Part shown: piece by piece, positions 10,001-17,270 of the stretch
How positions within the stretch are numbered: the stretch's first letter is position 1
Layout of the letters: each line of letters begins with the position of its first letter
Origin: Chitinophaga niastensis
Lineage (GTDB): Bacteria; Bacteroidota; Bacteroidia; Chitinophagales; Chitinophagaceae
DNA length: 32,000 bases
Assembly: GCF_003014755.1 (NCBI RefSeq)
Contig: NZ_PYAW01000005.1
Location: 306,320-338,319, forward strand
Reading direction: 5' to 3'
Notes under the pieces: generated by a model
Seen by the model: the letters and a program-made list of their open reading frames with translations, nothing else
What the model was told of the DNA's origin: nothing
Databases searched by the model: none
Made by a program: the position numbers and the translations under genes

Positions 10001-10419
10001 CTGGTAATAAGATCTACAATGGCGATAAATATGAACTACAGGGAATGGATGCCGGCCGTAATTTTGATGTGAGCACACTCAAAGCCTGGACGCCAACAAA
10101 CACCAATACAGACGTTCCCCGCGCAGTATTAGGTGATCCAAATAACAACAACCGTGAATCTACCCGCTTCCTGGAAAAAGGTGATTACTTGCGACTGAAG
10201 ACATTACAATTGGGATATACCTTTTCACCCCGTTTGCTGGAAAAAGCAAAAATAACACGGTTACGCATATACGCCAGCGCACAGAATATACTCACGTTTA
10301 CTAAATACTCCGGTCCTGATCCGGAAATTGGCCGCACAGATGTATTAAATAATGGTGTTGATCGCTGGATGTATCCACAGAACAAAACCTTGATGGCAGG
10401 GGTACAACTGGAATTCTAA
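7033..10419 (+). CDS. susC: SusC/RagA-family TonB-dependent outer-membrane transporter with N-terminal signalling (STN-like) extension
   Basis: 1128-aa ORF. It has a signal peptide, an extra N-terminal domain (residues about 30-105) before the carboxypeptidase-regulatory-like domain (LKGVVKSANGETLPGVSVRLKGS), a plug region (VVVVGYGTQSKRNVSSAISSV) and a C-terminal barrel ending in Phe (GVQLEF). Confidence 0.93.
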   Translation: MKKNSLFRACCGMLLAILLLSWIQVAEGLKDKIDVGFRQTKVLLVLQYLEKNTRLKFSYNLDDLEKIKPLTIDKKERTVESLLQEISHATSLQFRFTEDIILVKVPAPISMVATTEAPLQEKPLKGVVKSANGETLPGVSVRLKGSTKGVLTDASGAFKFTDLPDGAVLEVSYIGFESREVPVKGLSELSVTLDASTKILDQVVVVGYGTQSKRNVSSAISSVKGSEIANVPTNNPVNALQGKVAGLTVVNVGGAPGGVADIKLRGISTFGGHQPLFIVDGTPADPYYLNNNDIASIEVLKDGAAASIYGSKSANGVILVTTKKGKKGPPKIEFSGYNSIVSPTSKMHLLDAAGYLKVHDMMYSNAGTPADKRPAYLSKQAGANTDWQNEITQQAHAQNYSLNLTGGGEYFNYGLSGNITRETGTFIGTDFKKKSLRARNEYKKGRLNIEMNLTYAETERNDLQFSVKDAYFQSPLLPVYDSKEKYGYALQVDQLPKYQNPVGVNHFNSNYNKGQYFSGNARLTLQLITGMKFVTNVSLNNTNFFDYAYHPPYRANANDPIQPYAQLTDGRTNTRQRLMENLLYYDRAFGKHSINLLAGYTAEENSSNNVITVADGKSNVYTVKDGQIVTSIVPGGFLDPSFNTMDGAAGGSFSASGSRPQYDRLSTLGRINYSYDSKYLLQVSVRRDGSSKFGENRRYGVFPSASVGWNMQSEPFMQQFSWLNLLKLRASYGELGNENALREYDHQALITIKNTRAGGYVQGSGATAWPGGASWDLKNKDLRWETIISKNIGFDFAIVSKLSGAFNVFNNTTKDMLIYKDLAPSAGLNQPVLNVGRINNRGWELELTWADKKSDWNYSVTGTVSQVKNEVLALANDGQKLYGDGLKYGTGPIPNTTMVGREIGAFFLYQADGIFQSDAEVAAYKNKKGELYQPDAKAGDVRFRDSNGDGVIDTNDKTYMGSAFPKVEFGLNMTVGYKGFDLQLFWQGVAGNKIYNGDKYELQGMDAGRNFDVSTLKAWTPTNTNTDVPRAVLGDPNNNNRESTRFLEKGDYLRLKTLQLGYTFSPRLLEKAKITRLRIYASAQNILTFTKYSGPDPEIGRTDVLNNGVDRWMYPQNKTLMAGVQLEF

Positions 10420-10428
10420 CAGCATTTT

Positions 10429-11973
10429 ATGTCTACTAAAAAAACGGTTATGAAAAGATCTTTGCTATATACTTCGTTTTTATGTTTTAGTATGGTCCTC
10501 TTTGCGGGCTGTAAAAAAGAATTGCTGGAACAGCAATCTCCTGACAAACTTACAACAGATAATTTCTGGACTACCCGCGATCGCGCATTGACAGGGCTTT
10601 CGGCTGCCTACTCACAACTGGAGAGTTTTATTGGCTGGGATAACTTTGTGGAAGCCCGTTCTTGCCGCGAATATTATAGAGAAGACTTTGTAGAACCAGG
10701 CAGCGATGCCTACAACTATAGCTGGTGGATGGAAATCTACAATTTCAATTATAACTCCGGTAACTATGCGATAGACCTGTTATGGAGAGATAATTATCGT
10801 GGCATAAATTTCAGCAACCAGGTTTTAGAACAGGTAGCAGCCATGAAACCAGAGCAGATAGATGATTCCAGCAGAAACGAGATCCTGGCGGAAGCACATT
10901 TCTTGCGTGCCTATTATTACTTTAAGCTGCTGACTAATTATCGGAAGATCATTATCCGCGATAAAGTGCCGCAAGGGGAGACTGATCTGCCTAAGGCACC
11001 TGCTACACGCCCTGAAGTGTGGGACTTCATCATCGCAGACCTGAAAGCCGCAGAACCTAAACTGCCATTACGCAGTGAAAGACCCGGCACGGAACTGGGT
11101 CGTGTAACCAAAGGCGCTGCCCAGGCTTATCTGGGAAAAGTACTGATTTACCGCGCAGGAGAGGACGCAGCCAACAATAAAACCTATTACGCAGAAGCCG
11201 CTACCTGGCTGGAAAAGGTGATAAAATCCAATGAGTATAGTTTGTCTGCTAACTACCTCGGAATGTTCAATGGTACGCTTACAAATAGCACCGAATCTGT
11301 ATTTGAGTTACAGCAAACCAATGATGAATCTAACGGTGCATACTATAAATCCCAGGTGAGCGACTGGATTGCTGCTTCCGAACTGGGTGGTTATGGCGAA
11401 ATTTATGGTACGCCACGCCTGCTTACAGAAATGCAGAAAGAAGGGAAAGTAGCGACAGACGGACTATACGATCATCGTATTTACAACACCATATTTTTTA
11501 ATGATGCTTATTTTAATGACCCGGCTAATCTCCGGGTATATGGTGGGCTTTATAAAGATGTATTCACCACCAATGCCATCGCCTTCCGTAAGTGGATACC
11601 CGCAAAGCTGGAACAGTTAGGCAACGACGTCGCTATTAATTTCCCGTTAATGCGTTTGTCAGATGTGAAATTATTAGATGCAGAAGCACAAAACGCGCTG
11701 GGTGCCACCGATCTGGCGATGACGCAGATCAATGATGTGCGTGCCCGTGCAGGTATGCCCGCACTGCATCTCACCACTGTACCAGACGTGTTTCATCAGT
11801 TGATGCATGAACGTGTTATGGAATTTACCCTGGAAGGCAGCCGTTTTTATGACCTGCGCCGCTGGGGTTTACTTGTGCAAAACATGCATGACGCTGGTCG
11901 TGAAATAACAGAAGATAAAGGGTTCTATCCTTTGCCACTGAAAGAAACACTGAATAATCCGCTGGCGAAATAA
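10429..11973 (+). CDS. susD: SusD/RagB-family nutrient-binding outer-membrane lipoprotein
   Basis: 514-aa ORF with a lipoprotein signal (LFAGC) immediately downstream of susC, with TPR-like SusD sequence character. An alternative start lies at 10450. Confidence 0.92.
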   Translation: MSTKKTVMKRSLLYTSFLCFSMVLFAGCKKELLEQQSPDKLTTDNFWTTRDRALTGLSAAYSQLESFIGWDNFVEARSCREYYREDFVEPGSDAYNYSWWMEIYNFNYNSGNYAIDLLWRDNYRGINFSNQVLEQVAAMKPEQIDDSSRNEILAEAHFLRAYYYFKLLTNYRKIIIRDKVPQGETDLPKAPATRPEVWDFIIADLKAAEPKLPLRSERPGTELGRVTKGAAQAYLGKVLIYRAGEDAANNKTYYAEAATWLEKVIKSNEYSLSANYLGMFNGTLTNSTESVFELQQTNDESNGAYYKSQVSDWIAASELGGYGEIYGTPRLLTEMQKEGKVATDGLYDHRIYNTIFFNDAYFNDPANLRVYGGLYKDVFTTNAIAFRKWIPAKLEQLGNDVAINFPLMRLSDVKLLDAEAQNALGATDLAMTQINDVRARAGMPALHLTTVPDVFHQLMHERVMEFTLEGSRFYDLRRWGLLVQNMHDAGREITEDKGFYPLPLKETLNNPLAK

Positions 11974-11987
11974 ATTCATTATTCCTT

Positions 11988-12196
11988 CCCGCCTTCGGCG
12001 GGAGAAACTGTCTTTCCCAGGATTAGACTGATTTAGATGATTTTTCTGATTTTATTCTTTTCTGATCTTTGTCTTATACTTATTTTAATACAGGAAAATA
12101 ATTCAGTAATGAATATTTATTAGTAAAATATAAAATCAGAAAAATCATCTAAATCAGTCTAATCCTGGGAAAGACAATTTTCCGGCCGAAGGCCGG
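11988..12196. repeat. Palindromic repeat, family copy 2: 46-bp perfect arms flanked by two small GC hairpins
   Basis: 12009-12054 is the exact reverse complement of 12131-12176, around an AT-rich 76-nt centre. The flanking hairpins are cccgcc-ttc-ggcggg (11988-12002) and ccggcc-gaa-ggccgg (12182-12196). Confidence 0.9.
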
Positions 12197-12219
12197 AGAT
12201 ACCCATAACAAAGGCAACC

Positions 12220-15200
12220 ATGAAATATATTTTCAGTCTTTTTTTACTGCTCCCGCTCTTTCTGTTTGCGCAAAACGACTGGGAAAATCCGCTGAAGGTA
12301 TCTGAAAATACCCTGCATCCACATGCGTCCTACACGCCGTATCCTACAGCGGCAACAGCTTTGGAGCAACAACCTTCTCCACTGATATTATCACTGGATG
12401 GGATCTGGCAGTTTCACCTGGCTAAAAATCCCGCTGCCCGTCCGGCTGATTTTTATAAACCCGGCTACGATGTGGCCAACTGGAAAACCATTCCCGTGCC
12501 CGCCAACTGGCAAACGCACGGATATGCCCCTTATATTTTTACCGATGTAGAATATCCATTTCCACCCAATCCGCCTTTTGTACCAAAGGAAGATAACCCT
12601 GTAGGCTCCTACAGACGCAACTTTGAGCTACCGGCTAACTGGGATGGTAAACAGGTGTGGCTGCATCTTGGTGCAGTAAACGCTTTCTTTTATGCGTGGG
12701 TAAACGGACATTATATTGGCTTTAGTAAAGACAGTAAAACACCTGCTGAATTTGATATTACACCATTTTTACAAAAAGGCAGCAACACTATTGCAGTACA
12801 GGTATTCCGCTTCAGCGACGGCTCCTACCTGGAAGGACAGGATATGTGGAAGCTCACAGGCATTGAGCGCAGCGTATTCCTGATGGCAAGGTCACCCTTA
12901 TGCATATACGATTTTTTTGCAAAGCCCAACCTGACCAATAATTATAAGGATGGTTTGCTACAATTAGGCCTTACACTAAATAAAATACCGGCACTAACGG
13001 AGAAGGGTAAACGTATTAAAGTGCAGCTACTGGACAAAGGAAAGAACCTGTTTACACAAACACTGATAATAGGCCGTGATAGTGCCTATCAGCTTACACA
13101 GCTAATCCCGGGTATCCGCAGCTGGAATGCAGAACAACCTAATCTCTACACCTTACTCATTACATTACAGGATAATAAAGCGAAAGACATAGAAAGTTTT
13201 TCGCAGGAGATAGGTTTTCGTAATATAGAAATTAAGCGTGGTCTGTTCCTGATCAATGGAACGGCTGTAAAGATAAAAGGTGTAAACCGCCATGAGCATG
13301 ATATGCATACGGCCAAAGTAGTGAGCCCGGAAGGGATGTTAAAGGATATCCTTACTATGAAGCGCTATAATATCAACGCTATGCGTTGCAGTCATTATCC
13401 TAACCGCGAGGAATGGTACACACTGTGCGATCGTTACGGTATTTATGTGGTGGATGAAGCAAATATTGAATGCGATGGCATGAGCCTTACGCCACTGCAA
13501 ACCTTGTCAGATAAGCCGGAATGGAAAGCGGCCTACCTGGATCGCACCCGGCGCATGGTGGAGCGTGATAAAAATCATTGCTGTATCATCACCTGGTCTA
13601 TGGGCAACGAGAGTAAATTCGGAGAGAACCTTATTGCTACCTATCAGTGGACTAAAGCCAGGGATAATACGCGCCCGGCACAGTATGAAGAAGCACGCAA
13701 TACACCTTATACAGATATTATAGCACCCATGTATAAGCCGGTGAGCTTTATGCTGGAATATGTGCGCGAGCACCGCGACCGGCCGCTGATTCAATGTGAA
13801 TATGCACACATGATGGGCAATAGTGGGGGCAATTTGAGAGAGGACTGGGACATGATCAATCAGTATGATCAGCTGCAGGGCGGTTTTATCTGGGATTTTT
13901 CTGATCAGACTTTCCTGCAAAAGGACTCATTAGGCAGGTCCATCTGGGCATATGGTGCAGACATGGGCACTGTAGGCGCTACCAGCGATACCAGTTTTTG
14001 TGCAGATGGCATGCTGGCAGGAGATCGTTCTCCGCACCCACAGGCCTTTGAAGTGAGGAAAGTGTACCAGCCTTTACAGATAACACCCATCGCGCTGACG
14101 ACTGATTTGATCCGCATTCAAAACCGTTATGATTTTAATGATTTACACAATATCCGCCTGTCGTGGGTTATAAAGGGAGATGGGAAGATAATAGCATCCG
14201 GTATGCTACCGGCTACACGAATTTTACCACATCAATCGGATACTGTTCGTTTATCCCTTCCTGTTATACAACCGCAACCAGGCACACATTATTTCCTCCA
14301 CATACAGGCACAACTGGTAGCGGCAGATGGCTTGCTGCCGGCAGATTTCCCGGTAGCTACGGAACAATACGAGCTTCCTGCATTTATCCCTGTACCTAAA
14401 GCAATTGCTACCGGGGCTGCTTTGCAAATGCTTCATCAAAATAATAGCTGGGATATAGGAAACAACCAATTTACGGCACACTTCACTGATGGCTGGCTGA
14501 GCCAATACACCACTAACGGTATCACCTATATGCAATCGGCGTTGCAGCCTTGTTTCTGGCGCGCTGCCACCGACAATGATATCGGTAACAGTCAACAGAT
14601 CCGTTGTGCCATATGGGAGCATGCAGCAGATTCCATGCAGCTCTTATCCTGCAAGGTAACCCAGCGGGATAGTCAGCATGTGCAGATGCAAACGCAGTAT
14701 TACCTGCCGTTGGTGGATGCACATTACGGGGTAGACTATACGCTTTTTACCAACGGAGATATACAGGTGGCCGTTAAATTTATAGCAGGCGACAGCACAT
14801 TGCCGGAACTCCCGCGCATGGGCATGCGTTTATTGCTGCCGCCGGCTTTCGACCAGGTATCCTGGCTGGGCCGCGGTCCATTCGATAATTATGCAGATCG
14901 TAAATATGCTGCAGATGTAGATGTATACCACCTTCCGGCAGATTCCCTGTTTCACCCTTATCCGCGGGCACAGGAAAGCGGCTATCGCTCTGATGTGCAT
15001 TGGATGGCCCTCCGCAATGCCGCCGGCAATGGCTGGATGGCGCGCACAGATTCCTTGCTGAATATGGGTGTATTACATTTTGATATGAACCGTTTAAACT
15101 TTAACCGTCATCAAAATCAGCATGGTGGCTCTATGTACAATCAACCACTCATCTGGTGGAATATTGATTACCAACAAGCCGGGCTGGGTGGCGACAACAG

Positions 15201-15324
15201 CTGGGGCGCCAAGCCACATGCAGCTTACACCCTCATCTACCAAAACTACCAGTACAGTTTTACATTAAGACCATTACATACCCAAGATCAGGCTACAGAC
15301 AAGGCGAAAGAACGATATGAATAA
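12220..15324 (+). CDS. lacZ: GH2 beta-galactosidase (LacZ-type), secreted/periplasmic
   Basis: 1034-aa ORF that aligns by eye along its length with E. coli LacZ (DWENP..., NPPFVP, acid/base ITWSMGNES, nucleophile IQCEYAHMMGNS). It has an N-terminal signal peptide (LLLPLFLFAQ). Confidence 0.93.
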   Translation: MKYIFSLFLLLPLFLFAQNDWENPLKVSENTLHPHASYTPYPTAATALEQQPSPLILSLDGIWQFHLAKNPAARPADFYKPGYDVANWKTIPVPANWQTHGYAPYIFTDVEYPFPPNPPFVPKEDNPVGSYRRNFELPANWDGKQVWLHLGAVNAFFYAWVNGHYIGFSKDSKTPAEFDITPFLQKGSNTIAVQVFRFSDGSYLEGQDMWKLTGIERSVFLMARSPLCIYDFFAKPNLTNNYKDGLLQLGLTLNKIPALTEKGKRIKVQLLDKGKNLFTQTLIIGRDSAYQLTQLIPGIRSWNAEQPNLYTLLITLQDNKAKDIESFSQEIGFRNIEIKRGLFLINGTAVKIKGVNRHEHDMHTAKVVSPEGMLKDILTMKRYNINAMRCSHYPNREEWYTLCDRYGIYVVDEANIECDGMSLTPLQTLSDKPEWKAAYLDRTRRMVERDKNHCCIITWSMGNESKFGENLIATYQWTKARDNTRPAQYEEARNTPYTDIIAPMYKPVSFMLEYVREHRDRPLIQCEYAHMMGNSGGNLREDWDMINQYDQLQGGFIWDFSDQTFLQKDSLGRSIWAYGADMGTVGATSDTSFCADGMLAGDRSPHPQAFEVRKVYQPLQITPIALTTDLIRIQNRYDFNDLHNIRLSWVIKGDGKIIASGMLPATRILPHQSDTVRLSLPVIQPQPGTHYFLHIQAQLVAADGLLPADFPVATEQYELPAFIPVPKAIATGAALQMLHQNNSWDIGNNQFTAHFTDGWLSQYTTNGITYMQSALQPCFWRAATDNDIGNSQQIRCAIWEHAADSMQLLSCKVTQRDSQHVQMQTQYYLPLVDAHYGVDYTLFTNGDIQVAVKFIAGDSTLPELPRMGMRLLLPPAFDQVSWLGRGPFDNYADRKYAADVDVYHLPADSLFHPYPRAQESGYRSDVHWMALRNAAGNGWMARTDSLLNMGVLHFDMNRLNFNRHQNQHGGSMYNQPLIWWNIDYQQAGLGGDNSWGAKPHAAYTLIYQNYQYSFTLRPLHTQDQATDKAKERYE

Positions 15325-17260
15325 ACTTAAATGGTTGTTGTTGCTGCTACTTCCTGTGGCAGCAACAGCGCAACGGAATCAATGGGCGGATATACTGAAT
15401 ACCCGCTACACGGTACAAGACACGGCAGATATTACGGGCACTTTTTTTGCGGACATGGGTGCCTGGCATGCATATGCATTGCCAGAAGATCAGTACACCA
15501 CCGGGTTTACTGGCCCGCTGCTCATGGATATGAAAGGAGAGTGGCTCAGTAGCTGCATCGCACGGTTACGACTATATGAAAATGGACAGGCACTGCCCTT
15601 GCTACAGGTAGATACAGCCACGCATTATTATCCTGGTATGCTGCAGAAAACCTCCCAGGCAGGCGAATTACAGGTAGTTTTACAATTGATTTTCAGTGGC
15701 GCGCGGGAAGCGGTGCTGCAAACAACGATCATTAATAACGGTTCGCGCCCCCGCACACTGCAATTGCAATGGGAAGGCGTACCTGCACTGCAACGGGCAG
15801 TGGTGCATACAGATGCTAATAATATTCGTATAGGCATTTCCGGTACAGCTCATCAGTTTGATATTCATTATTTATCTACCTGGAATATTACCAGTACTAA
15901 CCATGGTTATCAGGCCACAAAAACGATGGAACTGCCTGCCAATGGTCGTGTCAAAGAAATACAAACCCAATGTTATTACCTGGATCCGTCGGAAATTCCC
16001 GTTCATTATACATTACCGGATACTACGCTGGTCTTCCTGCATAATGCAGCGCGATGGAACGACTACCTGAAAAAATTATTTCAGCGTATGCCCTTCACCG
16101 TTAGTGATACCATGCGTAGCCGGCTGGCAGTAAAGAGCATGATTACATTGCTCACCAACTGGCGTAGTCCTGCGGGAAAACTACTGCACGGTGGCCTGTT
16201 TCCGTCGATATCTTATCAGGGCTTTTACGGCTTCTGGTCATGGGACAGCTGGAAACAAGCAGCAGGGCTCAGTTATTTCGACACGGCATTGGCACAAAAT
16301 AATATCCGCGCACTTTTCGACTACCAGGAGCGTACCGGCATGATACCCGATTGTATTTATGCAGATAGCAGCGAAAACAATCACCGTGATACCAAGCCTC
16401 CATTGGCTGCGTGGGCAGTATGGGAAGTTTTCCAGGCATCAAAGGATACCGCTTTTTTGCGCAGTATGTATGCACCGCTTTGCCGCTACCATGCCTGGTG
16501 GTATACCCACCGCGATCATGATGGTAACGGGTTGTGCGAATATGGTTCCACAGATGGAACGCGCATTGCTGCCGCCTGGGAAAGTGGGATGGACAATGCT
16601 GTACGCTTTGACAAAGCAGTGATGTTACAAAATAATCCCGGCGCATGGTCGCTGGATCAGGAATCTGTAGACCTGAACAGTTATCTCTTCAAAGAAAAAA
16701 TGATCCTCGCACAAATAGCACTGGCACTGCAGCAGCCTAAAGCTGCGCAGGAGTGGCGTTTGCAGGCAGCAGCCCTGCGCCTGAAAATTAACAAGGCCTT
16801 TTATGATACCGCTACCGGCTATTATTATGATAGGAAGTTACACGGTGAACTGATTCGCGTAAAAGGAGCAGAAGGCTGGATTCCTCTGTGGTCGGGTGTT
16901 GCGTCGGAAACAAAAATGAAAGCTATCGCACTGACGTTAAAAGATACCGCAGTTTTTAATACATTCGTGCCATTACCGGTGCTGGATGCCACAGAACCGG
17001 CCTTTGACCCGCAAAACGGTTATTGGCGCGGCCCTGTATGGATAGATCAGTTTTATTTTGCGGTGGCGGGCTTACAGGCATATGGTGCCAAACCGCTGGC
17101 AGCAAAGCTTACCGCCAGATTGTGGCAAAATGCGGCCGGTATGCAGGGGAACGGACCACTATATGAAAATTATCATCCGCAAACCGGTAAAGGACTAAAT
17201 GCACCTAATTTCAGCTGGACAGCCGCACATGTGTTGATGTTGCTGGCCACAGAACAATAA
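15317..17260 (+). CDS. GH63-like (alpha/alpha)6-barrel glycoside hydrolase, putative alpha-glucosidase, secreted/periplasmic
   Basis: 647-aa ORF with a signal peptide (LLLLLLPVAATAQ). Motifs GLCEYGSTDG, WESGMDNAVRF and YENYHPQTGKGLNAPNFSWTAAHV resemble the YgjK/MOGS (GH63) and related GH37 clan. Its start overlaps the GH2 stop by 8 nt. Family assignment is from motif memory only. Confidence 0.7.
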   Translation: MNKLKWLLLLLLPVAATAQRNQWADILNTRYTVQDTADITGTFFADMGAWHAYALPEDQYTTGFTGPLLMDMKGEWLSSCIARLRLYENGQALPLLQVDTATHYYPGMLQKTSQAGELQVVLQLIFSGAREAVLQTTIINNGSRPRTLQLQWEGVPALQRAVVHTDANNIRIGISGTAHQFDIHYLSTWNITSTNHGYQATKTMELPANGRVKEIQTQCYYLDPSEIPVHYTLPDTTLVFLHNAARWNDYLKKLFQRMPFTVSDTMRSRLAVKSMITLLTNWRSPAGKLLHGGLFPSISYQGFYGFWSWDSWKQAAGLSYFDTALAQNNIRALFDYQERTGMIPDCIYADSSENNHRDTKPPLAAWAVWEVFQASKDTAFLRSMYAPLCRYHAWWYTHRDHDGNGLCEYGSTDGTRIAAAWESGMDNAVRFDKAVMLQNNPGAWSLDQESVDLNSYLFKEKMILAQIALALQQPKAAQEWRLQAAALRLKINKAFYDTATGYYYDRKLHGELIRVKGAEGWIPLWSGVASETKMKAIALTLKDTAVFNTFVPLPVLDATEPAFDPQNGYWRGPVWIDQFYFAVAGLQAYGAKPLAAKLTARLWQNAAGMQGNGPLYENYHPQTGKGLNAPNFSWTAAHVLMLLATEQ

Positions 17261-17270
17261 TCTGATAGTT

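Noticed and set aside
7206-10385. Eleven minus-strand ORFs of 61-138 aa inside susC (for example 8599..9015)
   Set aside because: All are nested in the 1128-aa SusC frame, which has clear TonB-dependent transporter motifs. The antisense translations have no recognisable features.
13507-14971. Short ORFs on both strands within the GH2 gene (13507..13920, 14251..14622 and others)
   Set aside because: The + strand LacZ-type frame is collinear with E. coli LacZ through this region. The nested ORFs are shadows.
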